Shown: one piece after another, positions 35,641 through 49,264 of the stretch
Layout: each line of letters opens with the position of its first letter
Position numbering within the stretch: position 1 is the first letter of the stretch
Assembly (NCBI RefSeq): GCF_018977255.1
Contig: NW_024704743.1
Span: 12,154,001-12,218,000, forward strand
Source of the DNA: Callorhinchus milii
Lineage: Eukaryota
DNA length: 64,000 bases
Direction of reading: 5' to 3'
Translations under genes and position numbers: made by a program
Notes under the pieces: model-generated
Seen by the model: the letters and a program-made list of their open reading frames with translations, nothing else
Databases searched by the model: none
Told to the model about the DNA's origin: nothing

Positions 35641-38600
35641 GTTCGAAGCCACTAAATTGATATCAACTCTTAGATATTCAAAGGATCTCCCTAAGTGATT
35701 CGATAACATTCTGGGAATTCTTCACCCTTTAGCATCCACCAAAGATATTGTTCTGTTGCTTCTATGTGATATACAGTACTTTCTTATAGTCTACTTTGAC
35801 CATCTCACTTTTAGGCACCACACAAATAGACATGTTTTGCTTGTCCTCAGATCGTGACTGAAACCTTCCTCTACAACATGCCTACAATCACCTCTCACCA
35901 GCTCAGCAGCAAACTTCATCACTTTTAAGCACTCCAAGATGCTGCCCTGAATGAAAGGTGCAAGTTGTTGTTGTAGTCTGTATTATGATAATAATAATCC
36001 TTGTATTTGATATAGCAAATGCAAGGATTATTATTATATTAGGATTATTATATTATAATACAAGCCTTATTACGTCATTGAGACGTCTTAAAGCGCTTCA
36101 TAGAATATATTGTAAAGAGGATTGACTGTATATTTTGTGGGAAAAACATACCAGACAATTGCACCCAGCAGTGTCCCACAAACAGTCGTGGAATGAGTGA
36201 CCAAACTATTCATTTTTTGAGGGATAATTCCCCTGGAAAGTAATCCACAAATTGACTAACAACTGGGTTCCTACTTACTGCTAGGTAAACACAGGCACGT
36301 GGAGTAAGGAAACTTGTGTAAAGTTTCGCCCCAACCTGGAATCGAATCTGGGTCCTCTCAGTTGCGAGATGAGCGTGCTAATCACTACGCTACAGGACTC
36401 CACAAACGGGGAATGCACACAGGAATTCAACAATGCAGGAGCAATCTTTTTGAGGACAAGCTTTTAGGAAATCCTGCGCTGCAATGGAGCAAGGTCACAT
36501 GCTGTGAGACAGTCATTAAAAGGAATATAATCAGTTCCCTGCACTGGCATCCTCAACAATGAAGTGTACTTGCAAAGAAATGAAATTACTAATCAGACTA
36601 GAGCCTACTTAATATGCTCAAGCATATCATGTCCAAATCTTAACAGTTCAACAACAGTTGGGTCTCATTGCTCTCAATGTTTTTCATCTCATCTGAGAAA
36701 CATTACAGATTTTTTTTCCATTTCCAAAAATCTTAAAATTCTTTGTGTTTAAGGTGAAAAGGTTCAGTAAAGGTCTCTCTTTAACAATTCCAAGCTCTTT
36801 GGAAGCCACATTTCTCACTTAAATATTTTGAGGTGTTTCAAAATCTTCCTCTTTGACCGCACCTTCAGTCATCTTTCCTCTGCTCACCCCCTCGCCTCCC
36901 ACCCTCAGCGTGGGTGTCAAGCCAGGACTGTCAAGCACCATGGGACAACCTCCCGACATGAAAGGCGCAATATAAATGTAAATTTGTTGTTGCTTTGCTT
37001 TAAAGGTAAACATTTCTTCCCTTATTTCCCCCAAAACGCGGTATTTATAACAGTAAAAAGTTCAGATTTCTTCAATCTGAAGGATTCTTTACAGGACTAT
37101 TTGAATCTGAAGTAATTAGTATTACGTACATTAGATGACTTCTCTATTATTTATACCTTCAAAGCCTACTGTATTACATATCTCTCTGACCATGCTTTCG
37201 GACACCATTCCGCTCCTCATCCTCTTTGGCATTGATGCCCCCCAGCTCGGGTGCATAGCCACAGGTGTGAAGTGCTTTGAGACATTTTCCTGACGTGAAA
37301 GGTACTACATAATTTACATAGATGTAAATTGTATTGTAGTATATTTTTATTTTTTCCAGATCATCTTCCCTATTTCAATCAAGTTATTAATATAGATCTC
37401 ATCTGCCTTGTAATTCAGGAGGATGGGAATGGACCCACTCCTGGTTTAAATAGTGGAGTGGAGGTTTCCTTATTTGAATCCACCCGAAACACTGGCTATT
37501 CGATCCACAGCTATTTATAGGACGTTGTCACATTTGTCTTCATGACAGCACATTCAAATTCTTAACATTGTGTGAAGTGCTCTGAGAAGTTTATTTTACA
37601 TGAAAGGCACTATGAAAGCAAGTTGCTGTCAGTCTTCCTGCTTCCCACTTCTTCCTCCTTCCCCACAATGACAATAATAATATTCCTCGCATTTGATACA
37701 GCACCTTATCACGTCTTTGAGACGTCTCAGAGCGCTTCACAGAATATACCATAAAGTGAATTGACTTCTGTGGGCTAAACGCAGCAGCCAATTGCCACGG
37801 CAGTGTCAAACAAACAGTCGTGGATTGTGTGGCCAAAGTATTTTTTTTTAAAAATGATTATTACCCCCGGAAAAGTAATCAGCCAATTGACTAGCAACTG
37901 GGTTCCTACTTACTGCTTGGTAAACAGAGATGAGTAAGGAAACTTGCGAGGCAAGTGCTCTAACCAATATACAAAGGACTCCAAATCTATGCAGCTACTA
38001 CAGCTGGCTTTTGTGGGTGAACAAAAAAAATCACAGCTGGATGGTACAGCCTAAGAGCCTCAGTATTTATACGTGTTTAAGTAAAGGAATAAGAACAAGA
38101 TTTCTTAGAGAATATAACGGGAACCAATATTTTAATTAAGCTAAAGGTTACTTACCTCTCTGAATAATAGTATGACAGTTTTATTTCTCCAGGGTTTTAA
38201 ATTAATAGACTATTATTGCAGATGATTAATTCCTGCTTCAGTTAAATTGATTTGCAACAAAGAAAATTAGGGGGAAAAAAAATTGCTATTAAATGAATAA
38301 TAAATGTCTAACTGTTATATCAGATTTTAAGAACGCAGAATGAGGCTGGAACAATGCAACACTTGATCTATGCTTTGGCAATGGTAGGAAGCAGATTTGT
38401 GCATTCAGGGAGTTTGGGATCTCAGCCAAGATGCCTGGAGAGGCATCAGAGGTATGGCAGTTTCTCAGCCCATCGTCTCTGTGCTGCCAGAGTTATCTAC
38501 TATGATTCCATTTATCTATCTAATCCCATTAGATGTCAGAGGGTGAATCAAAGCTACTATCACAGACATCCATACAATGCAACATTGTGAAAGATCTCTC

Positions 38601-38756
38601 AGTATCTCAACTGCACGCTCCCCAATAGGCAGTGTCTGGCATGAAGCTCGAACGGATATAAAGAACAGGTATTTTAAAAGAAAAGACGTTAAAGGAAACA
38701 CCAACAATATGGGTGGAGTTGGGGTTTACATGCACAAATCTGCATCCATGACTCTC

Positions 38757-39124
38757 AATAATAATAATAATCCTTGTTTTGATATAGCGCCATATCACGT
38801 CTTCGGGACATCTCAAAGCGTCTCACAGAATATACTGCAAAGTGAATTGACTGTATATTTTATGGGCGAAATGCGGCAGCCAACTGTGCACAGCAGTGTC
38901 CCACAAACAGTGACTAAATTATTATTATTTATTCGTTTTTTTTAAGGGATTATTACCCCAGGAAATGTGATCCACCAATTGACTAACAAACGGGTTCCTA
39001 CTTACTGTTAGGCGAATATAGGCATGTGGAATAAGAAAACTTGCCCAATGTTTCGTCCTGCCGGGAATCAAACCCAGGTCCTCTCGCTTGCAAGGCGAGT
39101 GCTCTAACCACTAAGCTACAGGAG
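38757..39124 (-). mobile_element. tRNA-derived SINE, long form (representative copy)
   Basis: Same head and tail plus an internal block cctctgtttacctagcagtaagtaggaacccagttgttagtcaattgg. Long-form copies also at 9285-9640(-), 11688-12040(-), 16790-17020(-), 24870-25165(-), 32708-33045(+), 36070-36401(-), 37675-37982(-), 44536-44895(-), 52480-52790(+) and 61365-61746(-). Confidence 0.9.
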
Positions 39125-39151
39125 GTTTGACTGTTCTTTGCTGAATCTTAC

Positions 39152-39376
39152 CCTTCCACGTTGCATTACTTTTGGTCTTTTCAGACCTTTGTTAACAAAC
39201 ATTGGCTGCTGCACTTTGGCTCTGTCATTTGGTCCAATAACCTGCATCTCCGGGTAGACATTCGCTAGATACCACTTGAAGGATTTACAGTTCAGCCTTT
39301 TTCTCAGTAGTATACGCTCATTAATGTCACCATAACTTCGAAGTCTTAGTTCAGGTTTTAGGCCAAAATATTGTTC
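39152..39376 (-). CDS. GALNT11: GALNT11 coding exon 8 (end of catalytic domain, linker)
   Basis: [45 protein letters not shown]...[10 protein letters not shown]; acceptor aattccag; donor GTAAGA; 225 nt. Confidence 0.96.
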
Positions 39377-39923
39377 CTGGAATTTACAAAAAACATTCTA
39401 CAGTCAAAATGAAAGAGCAAGAGTTTAACATTGTATACTTTAACACTGGATTTTTCATTTTCATTCTAATTTAATCAATAGCTCAGTGTAGCTCATTATA
39501 CAGTATTTAACTCATTCTGAATTATTACACTCAATGATAATATAATATTTAATAATAATAATCCTTGCATTTGATATAGCGCTTTTCATGTCTTCTAGAT
39601 GTCTCAAAGCGCTTCACAGAATAGTCCGTAAAGTGAATTGACTACATACTTGAGGGCGAAACGCAGCAGCCAATTGCGCACAGCAGTGTCCCTCAAACAG
39701 TCGTGGACTGAAATGACCAATTTTTATTATTGTTTTTTTTCTTGAGGGATTATTATCAGGCATGTGGAGTAAGGAAACTTGCCCAAGGTTTCACCCTGCC
39801 GGGAATCAAACCCAGGTCTCTCGCTTAGCAAGGCGAGGGCTCTGACCACTGAGCTACAAGAATCCTTGCATTTGATATAGCACTTTTCACGTCTTCCAGA
39901 TGTCTCAAAGCGCTTCACAGAAT

Positions 39924-40510
39924 ACAACAACAACAACAAAATTACATTTGTAAAGCAACTTTCATATCGGAAGGATGTCCCAAGGCGCTGGACAAACAGA
40001 GTCATGGACCCGAGCTGGGAGTCGGGGAGAATGGAGTGCAGGAGAGAAGCAGGGAAATCGAAAGCACGGTCAAAGAGGAAGGTCTTGAGATGGGTCTTGA
40101 AGGTGGCGAGTCGGAGGGAATGTGGGATGGAGTTCCAGAGGGTAGGGGCAGAATTACGGAAGGTCCGCCCACCAATCGTGGGGTGATCGAGCGGGGGACG
40201 TGAAGCAGGCCGGAGCCAGCTGAGCAGAGGGAATGAGAAGGATGGTAGGGTGTTAGGAGGTCGCAGTGGTAGGGGGGAGTAAGACTGTGGAGGGCTTTGA
40301 AAGTGAGGACCAGGATCTTGAACTGTATCCTCTGTGTGATGGGAAGCCAGTGGAGTTGGGCAAGGATGGGGGTGATAGGGTCGTGGAGCCTAGTGCGGGA
40401 GAGGACATGGGTTGCCGAGTTCTGGATGATCTGTAGCCTGTGGAGGGAGGAGTTGGGGAGGCCGACAAACAATGAGTTTGCATAGTCGAGCCTCGATATA
40501 ATGAAAGTAT
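39924..40510 (-). mobile_element. L2 3' fragment inserted into a SINE
   Basis: ORF 40002-40595 (SRLDYANSLF...LHWLPITQRIQFKIL); (TTG)n tail at 39924. Confidence 0.9.
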
Positions 40511-40789
40511 GTATTTCATTACATGCTTTCATTACATCGAGTGAATTGCATAAAGTGAATTGACTGTATATTTGGGGGCGAAACGCGGCAGCCAATTCCC
40601 ATGAACAGTCGTGGATTGAAGCGATCTATTTATTATTGTTTTTTTTCTTGAGGGATTATTATCAGGCGTGTGGAGTAAGGAAACTTGCCCAAGGTTTCAC
40701 CCTGCCGGGAATTGAACCCAGGTCTCTCGCTTGAGAGGCGAGTGCTCTAACCACTGAGCTACAGGACTCCACAAAGGTATGTCACATTA

Positions 40790-41270
40790 CAATACAATTT
40801 ACTTTATATAGTGCCTTTCACCTCAGGAGCATGTCCCAAGGCGCAGGACAATCCAAGCTATGCATCTAAGTTGGGTTTGGAAGTTGGGGTGGGGGGGAAA
40901 AGATGTCCAAAAGCGCGTTCAAAAAGAAAGACTCATGAAGGAGGTGAGGGAAGGGACAAGTCAAAGGGACTCTGGGAATGGAGTACACAGATACTCTGAA
41001 AGTCCGATCACCATGTCTGCTGAGCGGAGCGAGGGAGTGATAGGATTTGAGGAGGTCACAGTGGTGGGGAAGGTTAAGACCATGGAGGGAATTAAAGGTC
41101 AGGATGAGGAACTTGAACTCAATCCAATGGGCGATGGGGAGCCAGTGGAGCAGGCGAGGATGGGGGTGATAGGCTTGCAAAGCCTCGTGTGGGAAAGGAC
41201 ACAAGCCAACAGGAGTTCTGGATAGTCTGCAGCTTGTGCCAGGAAGAAGTGGGTCTTCCGACTGGAAGGA
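40790..41270 (-). mobile_element. Decayed L2 3' fragment
   Basis: LHWLPIAHWIEFKFLILTF with an L2 tail. Confidence 0.8.
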
Positions 41271-41777
41271 CAGGTAGTAGATTTGCATTTATATAGTGCC
41301 TTTCATGTTTGGAGGACATCTCAAAGTGCTTTGCACAGTTGCGGGGCACCCAGGCTAGAGGCTGGGGAAGGGGGAAGAAGAGTTGTGAGAGAGGGACGGA
41401 GGAAGGGGGAAAGATGATCAAAGCATGGCCTTGAGTCAAGCATTGAAAATGTGAAGAAGCAAGTTCAAGCTACTCCAGGATGGAGACAAGGGCCATGATT
41501 TGGACATTAAAGTATCATTTTGATATTAGAAAGCCCTAGAGCCAAAAATCAATAAAAAGAGGTGGAGAGATATTTGGGAAGTGAGAATATTTAAGGTTCA
41601 AGAGAAATGGGATTAAAAGACCCATCATGATCTAATACATTGGCAGAACAGACTCAATATGATGAACAGTCTACTCATATTGCTATGTTCAATACTACTG
41701 CTGTGAATGACATTTAGTCTGATATTTAGTATGGGCTATTCTACACTGTATAGTAAGTACCAAATCAAGAATAATAC

Positions 41778-41930
41778 CTTATACTCATCCATCCAAACGT
41801 GTGCCAGGCGTAGAGAATTGTGTGCCATTGTATCCTGCCCTCCAGGGGAGCCGTATGGCCGCCGCTTACGAAATATATGTCCAACCCGAGAACAAGGAAT
41901 TATTTCCAGCCGCCCACCACACATCCAGAT
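41778..41930 (-). CDS. GALNT11: GALNT11 coding exon 7
   Basis: [51 protein letters not shown]; acceptor gttgatgtag; donor GTATTA; 153 nt. Confidence 0.97.
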
Positions 41931-43209
41931 CTACATCAACAACATACACACAAGTCAAGGTTATTTTCAATGTGTTCATTGTAGGAATCAAAGGTAACAT
42001 CTGACCTCAATCTTAAATTTCATTTTCTAAAAAGTAGTAATGTCTTTGATAGTAGAGGGAGGTAGCGGGAGGTAGGGTTGAGGTTAGTTTGGTGGTTGAG
42101 GGGTTGGATCATTTAACTGTTATGCTATAGACTTCACCATCCACCTACAAAATAGAGTCACTTTCCAGATAGCATAAGCACAGGTTGGCAAGATTCAAGG
42201 CTTGAGGTCCTCAGAGTGTGTGTTGGGAGTGCTGCTGGAGTCTAACCAACTAAAACCACAGTGGAAAAGCTTGCCGTTGAGAGCACTGCATGGCAAGCTT
42301 TTCCACTGTTTATCCAGCTAGGACTACCCTACCTAGTACTCCAACGCACACTATGGGGTCCCCAAACCTTGGATCTTGTCAACCTACGTCTTACACTTTC
42401 TGGAATTAAGTAAGCAGGATTAAGTAAGCACAGTGGGAGAGTGCACATTCCATTCCAATAAACATCTCGGGAACTTCCATATGCAAGTGAGATGCATGGA
42501 ACTCTGTTTGGTTTGGATACTTCTAAAATTAAGCATGTATGGAAAAGGCTTGCAGGGTTAACAGGAGCTGAGTGGGAAGAATCCCTGCCCCAGTGACTAG
42601 TCGGCCCTTCCAGGTCCTGCCAATGAGCCAGGCTGGGCTGTGATGTCATCAGCAGTGCCCTGGAATACTGCGGACCCGCCTGCCTCAGGAACAGGATTAC
42701 CGAGATTGTCACAGAAGGCTGGCTCGATCCTAATATTGTGTTGCCAGGCATGTCACCTTGAAATCAGTTCCGCTTCAAGGAGATCCTGCCAAGGAGACAT
42801 GAACTCAAACATTTAACATGGACTGTAAAATGTATTTTAATGAAATATACATATTCACAAGTCGCATAACTTAACATTTACGTAATTAAAAATTCTTAAT
42901 AGAGGGTGGGTTAATCTGACGCAAAGAAAAAAAATGTTATAAAAAAATCATCCTACACTATCCTATTTCTCATATCAACAAGTTGAATACTTTACTAAAA
43001 TACAATATAAGTATACATTTATACATTGCCTTTCACGTCAGGAGCACATCCCAAAGTTGCTTGACACTGCTGGCTGAACAAGTGAGGGGGAGTGGGAGCC
43101 GAGGGGTTGGGGAAAGGAAAGATGACCGCAGGTGAGGATGTTAAACACGGTGGGTGAGGAGGAAATCCAAATAATTATCCAAACCCCTCTTGAATCTGCT
43201 GAATCATCT

Positions 43210-44085
43210 GTAGACATGGAGGCAACTTCCACATGGAAGCGGATGATACTCAAATCTTCCTCCCTGCCTCCACCCTCAGACTGCCTGTCAGACATCAAGT
43301 CCTGGATGAGAGCAAATGTTCTCCAGTTGAATGTCAACAAGACCGAGTCCCTTCTCAGGTGCTGATAGCATCACCCTTCTTGGATGCACTCTACACCTCA
43401 CGGAGCCAATACAGAATCTGGACGTCCTGTTCAACCCTCAATTGTCCTTCAGCCCCCCACATCCGTGCCATGACCTGCTCTGTATTTCCCCACCTCGGCA
43501 ACATCGCCCAGCTCCGCCACTGTGTGTCACCGCAGGCCACTGAGACCCTCATCCATGCATCACATCCAGGCTCGACTATGCCAACTCCCTGCTTGTCGGA
43601 CTTCCCAAATCTTCCCTCCACAAGCTGCAGATCATCCAGAACTCTGCAGCTCATGTCCTCTCCTGCTCCAGGATCCATGACCCCATCTCCCCCACCCCCA
43701 CTCGGCTCCACTGGCTTCCCACCCCTCAGAGGATAGAGTTTAAAATCCTCATCCTCACCTTCAAGACCCTCCACGGCCTTGCCCCTTCCTACCTCTGTGA
43801 CCTCCTAACCCCTTATCAACCTATTCACTCCCTCAGTTCAGCGGGCTCCGGCCTGCTTCACGTCCTCTACCTTGCCCGCCCTACCATTGGTAGGCGGGCC
43901 TTCAGCCACTCTGCCCCCAACCTCTGGAACTCCATCCCACCACAGTCCTTCTGCCTCGATACCCCCCTTGCTTCCTTCAAGATCCATCTCAAGACCCTCC
44001 TCTTCGACCGTGCCTTCAGTCACTTTCCTACCCCTACCTTCCACCTTTGCAGATCCCAACCACAGCTCGGGTGCCAATCCTTGAC
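43210..44085 (+). mobile_element. L2 fragment
   Basis: EADDTQIF and LSDIKSWMRANVLQLNVNKTE, followed by the L2 C-terminus. Confidence 0.87.
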
Positions 44086-45413
44086 TTCATAAGGTTGGCT
44101 AGTGCAGAAATGGAAATATCACACTAATGTCCAATACAGGTCACAACTGAGCCTAACTGTTGATGCTAGTTGTCAAAATTTAGGAAAGGGCTCATTGCAT
44201 TAGATATTTGTTCAGCAAAACAATTGGAATGTACAGAAAGAAATCTTCTCATATGTGTATTAAATAAGAATAGGAAAGAACACAAGTATTGTAACCTTGA
44301 ATTCTGAACAATGCTTTTTGGTCACTCAATCTACGATTGTTTGTGGGACACTGCTGTGCGCAACACGCTGCCATGTTTAGCTCACAAAATACACAGTCAA
44401 TTCACTTTACAGTATATCCTGTGAAACGCTTTGAGACATTTCAACGACGTTATAAAAATAATAATCCTTGCATTTTATATAGCATCTTATCACGTCTTCC
44501 AGGCATCCCAAAGCGCTTCACAGAATACATTGTAAATAATAATAATCCTTGCATTTGATATAGCGCTTTTCACGTCGGGAGGACGTCCCAAAGCGCTTCA
44601 CAGAACACACTGTAAAGTGAATTGCCTGTATATTTGTGGGCGAACGCGGCAGCACAGCAATGTCCCACAAACAGGTGTGGATTAAGTGATAAAATTATTA
44701 TTATTATTTTGAAGGGATTATTACCCATGGGAAAAGAGATCCGCCAATCAACTAACAACTGGTTTCCTACTTACTGCTAGGTAAGAGGCATGTGGAGTAA
44801 GGAAACTTGCCCAACGTTTCGCCCTGCTCGGGAATTGAACCCAGGTTCTCTCGCCTGCGAGGCGAGTGCTCTAACCACTAAGCTACAGGACTCCATAGCG
44901 TTATAAGGCGTTATATCAAATGCAAGGATTGTTCAATTTCTGTTTTTTCACAGTATTTTTTTAAAATTGTTAACCATGAAAACTTCTTCTACACCAACAC
45001 AATCCTTTTTCTTCTTTATTTCCCACAACCACAACACTTATAGGAAGTGGCTCCCATTTGTGCCATTTTATGGGCAGGTTTGCACTCTGTGTCCAGATCC
45101 ACTGGGAACTGGTGACCACATACCCCCCTCTCACCCCTACACCATTCTATCATCTGTCACTCTGTTTGGCTAATGCTAAACCTCTCCAATATTCCAGTAT
45201 GTAATCAATCCAAAACTGCACATTTTTAAATACACTTAAAATAAATATGCAGACTGCTATAAAGGGTGTTATCAATGCAAAGAGCATTACACTATTATTA
45301 ACCAACAATGGTCATTATTGACACTATCCAGGAAGCTGAAATATTTTCTCTCTCTCCCTCCCTCATCTCAATAAGACCCGATATTTGGAAATGGGAAGCT
45401 AAAAAGACATTAC

Positions 45414-45531
45414 CCTAAAGGATATTTCCAGGTTTTCTCCTCCCCAAATATCCATGCCACTGTCATACTGCCCAAGTTCATTGAAGTACTTCCTGTCCAT
45501 TGCAAATAGTCCCCCCGCCATTGTGGGTGAT
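45414..45531 (-). CDS. GALNT11: GALNT11 coding exon 6 (Gal/GalNAc-T motif WGGEN)
   Basis: [39 protein letters not shown]; acceptor ctcttgttcag; donor GTAATG; 118 nt. Confidence 0.97.
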
Positions 45532-47208
45532 CTGAACAAGAGAAGACAGAAAGAACATTCTTTAATACAATTTCAACCAATGAAACAATGAAGAGTAACA
45601 GTACATCAATTGTAGACCTAAGCAAAATGACTGTTTTCAGTTTCCAAGGCAATATCTATCCACTCATGTTCTGATGGAACCAATGGATTTTTTTTTACTA
45701 CGTTAGGGCTATATTTCCTCACCTCAATTGAGAACTATGCTAACTCATTGCAAAGCGCTTAGATATCAAAGCAGCTCAAGATCAGTGCGGTGGGAGGGGG
45801 GTGTTGGAGGACAGAATCAAATTCTACCCCTAACCCCGCTGTTAGTTTAGTACTGTAATTCCAAACTAATACTTCAAATTCATTTTCTGTTGTTTCAGAG
45901 CGTAGCCCCGAGTGTCTGTTACATTCTGCAGAGTTGTGAGGGACCACTCAAGCAGTTCATTGTGTGAGAGAGAGTTGAGAGATTGTACTCCCAAACACTG
46001 AGAATTCCTTGAGAAATTATACTTGTGTCATAAGGCTAGTCATTTATGCTAAATCATTCCTAGCAAAATCACTGTAGGATAAAATCTTCCTCGATGATCT
46101 AAAATGTAAAGACTGGTGAAACTCTAAGTCAAACAGATCAAATGCAAGGAATTGCAAGTTTGATTCCTATATTGAGTTAGCTGATCACAGTCAGCGGAAA
46201 AACTGGGTCTCAGAGCTCTTTATTAGGGAAGAAAAAAATCAGCTAAGATTTCCACTTCTGCTCACGATGTACAGTAGCTTGAAAGCGTGCCTGAATGGAT
46301 GTCAGGATTGGGCTTGGCTACCATGTCCCTTACTGACATTCACCTCCGTGGTTCACCACAGCAATAATGGGTACTTGGATGCATCTCGGGGGGCTGGGGG
46401 GGGAAAGAGAATTTAAATGTCTTCAGGAGTACATAGAAACTGGAGGTGAAACATTGAAGTAAAAAAAAGGAAACATTTTGACAGCAATTTCTAACACAAC
46501 ATCTAGTTTTGCTAAACACATTCAATTACCATTGCCAGTTTTCTGAATTATCATTGAATGCGTGTTTTGTTGCTGTAGATGCTGGGTTAGAAACTGCTAT
46601 CAAATTTGTTTCCTTTTTTTCCTTCAATTTTAGGCTGAGGCTGCTTTAGGCTTAGGAGTAGTTTTATTACTTTTCGGTCTCCCATTTCCTTCTAATTTTC
46701 ACTCCTGGGATTCCTCTTTGAGAGTTGGAGTCGCACTGCAGATGCAAGCTGGGGAGTTATGCGATAGGTGATAGTGGAACTGCTGTATCACACTTCATGT
46801 GTAAGGCTGGACTTGGAATCATCACAGCCATGCCAAGAGACTCATCCTCACCCAATATTCACACAGCATGCACAAGCACCTCGATGGACAGTAAGCAGGA
46901 TTTCAAACCCTCAGTTACATAAACTTCATTAGCGACCAATGCCAATATATGAAAACAACAGTATCCTCACTAAGTTCACCTCTCTCACATGGAGCAGGGA
47001 TCAAACAGCTTCACCACACACTAAACTTCACATTAAACTGAGCTGGTCGGATAGAACTGTCAGAATTATGAGACTCCTGCTGGCAATTCTTCATGTCACA
47101 ATATAATCTTTGTAAAAAAAAAGCAAGAAATTTGTGAAAGAGGTCTAGCACTAAGGCCTAGAAGACAAAAGCAAACAATTTTAGAATGTGAGGTGCTTGT
47201 TTGACCAA

Positions 47209-47990
47209 CAGCCGGGGGGTGGGGTTCTTCTTATCCATCACCATGTTTAACAGTATCCAAACCAAACTGAGAATTCCATGCATTCCACCTACACGTGGAA
47301 ATTCCAGAGATATTTATTGGAATGGAATGCACACTCTCTCCCTGGAGGAACGTATCCTGCTTATCTAATATGGAAAGTATTCAGTGCAGGTTGGCAAGAG
47401 CTAAGGCTTGGGAAACCCAGAGTGTACGTTGGGGTACTGCTGGAGTTTAACCAGCTAAAACCATATAGCTTGCCATTGAGAGCACTGTCTGGCAAATTTT
47501 CCGCTGCTTGTATGGCTTTGGCTTGGAGGGTTAACAGGAGCTGAATGGGAATAGTCCTGCCCCCCCCCCCCCACCCCCACCCATTGTCTGGTCTGTCCTT
47601 CCAAGTCCTGCTGATGAGCCAGGAACATACTGCTGAGACTGCCACAGAGGGTTGACTCGATTACGGCATTCCGTTGCCAAACTTGTCACCTTGGAGCCAG
47701 TTCAGTTCCAAGGAGATCCTGCTTACCTCTGTCCCAACAACAACAAGATTACATTTGTATAGCGCCTTTCACGTCGGGAATAGTGAGCAGTTGGTCATTT
47801 GACATCCAACAAGGGCCGGTTTCAGCCCTCACTAGGTGGATGATAGGTAACAGGAACATCCTGCGAGCTTCCCAGTGGGCAATACAGCTCAGCATGAAAT
47901 GTGTGAGATCATTACCACCATCTTCCTGTCTGAAGCTCGGACATACATTCCTTCCCATTGAGTGATGGTTCCAACAGTTGGAGGTGGGGA
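47209..47990 (+). repeat. Unclassified interspersed repeat, family X (longest copy)
   Basis: Shared blocks (aggttggcaagagctaaggcttg, ctgctggagtttaaccagctaaaac, gggttaacaggagctga, ctgctgatgagccagg, ttcccattgagtgatggttcca) recur at 14560-14910(-), 30870-31455(+), 42165-42790(mixed), 49850-49940(-) and 50610-51310(-). Confidence 0.8.
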
Positions 47991-49014
47991 GGAGGAAAGA
48001 GGTTTCTTGATACTAGAATAAAATTTGTTCCAACCCACTGTTTCCTCAACTCTCTCCTCCCAACACATACATTCTAAACCAACGAGCATTGTTGCAGAGG
48101 TCAGGGCACAATTTTAAAAAATACCTCGTAATCTTACTTTTAAAAAATGCCTCGTAATGTTATTTTTTACAAAATGTGAATCCTGTAAAATCTGACACAA
48201 TATCAAATTTGTTTACTGTTCTACAAGCTTATAGCCCATTTACAACAAGCAGAACAGGTAGAGGAGAGAAAAAGGAACAGTCATTGTTCATCTCAACGTG
48301 ACACGCACTGCCTAAAATCGAGGGACGTACCACCTCACAAGATTAGTTTGGATGAAGAAGGCCCTCCAGCCCATCTGATGCAATTCTTCCAGAATACCCA
48401 ACCAACCCTGCTCCCATCACAGCATCAAGCTGTTTTTGAAACAAGTCCAGTATTGTAGCCTCAATCATCTTTACTGGCAACCCGTTCCAGTTGTCAAATA
48501 ACCTCTGGAAAACGAAAACTTCCTGGGGTCTGTCCTGAAATTGCCCTTTGCAACTTTATGTCCTCTTGTTCTATCGACCTAGTGCATCCTAAAGTATTGT
48601 TGTAGGTTGACTTTCACAATCCCATTTACAATATACATCTCTATAAAATCCCCATTGAGTCATCTTATCTCAAGATTGAATCCCCTCCAAGTCTATTTAG
48701 CTGCCTATACTTGATACTACTCTTGAGCCCAATTTACTGCTGGTTTATCTCTCTTGTTCTACTGTCTTGGTGTATCCTAAAATATTCTGGGTTTACTTTT
48801 TCAATCTACTTAAAATGTTATACACCTCTATAAGGTCAGACACTCCAAGAATGTCTTCTCTCAACCTTTAAGAGCCCTAATTTATCGAATAGTTGCTTGC
48901 CGCATAGCCGCACTGAGGTACTAAGTATTTTAGGCTGAAAGGAATAGCAACTGGTTCAATCACAATGAAGTTAAAAGAATACAAAACATAAGCTTGAAAT
49001 AACAGGGTTAATAC

Positions 49015-49264
49015 TTAATTGGTGCTGTTGGTCCTTCTGGTCCATTCAGCATTGAGGCAGGCACAGGATCCCATTTGAAGTGCAATCCCCAGTTAAACCC
49101 TCCCCTCACAATAGGCGAAGAGCTGTAGATTAATGTGTCAGCGCTGATGATGTCAATCACTGGACACACCACAGTTTTGCGGTTCTCTTTAATTGGAGCC
49201 AGAAGAGGTTGTAACCACATCTCATTCACCTCACAGTGACTATCGAGGAACACCAGTACATCCC
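49015..49264 (-). CDS. GALNT11: GALNT11 coding exon 5 (DxH metal-binding motif)
   Basis: [21 protein letters not shown]...[11 protein letters not shown]...[13 protein letters not shown]...TAPI; acceptor tttttgcag; donor GTATTA; 250 nt. Confidence 0.97.

Noticed and set aside
38149..38170. Consensus donor GAG|GTAAGT on the - strand as a micro-exon or recursive splice site
   Set aside because: The adjacent polypyrimidine tract is poor and the GALNT11 frame is already complete without it.
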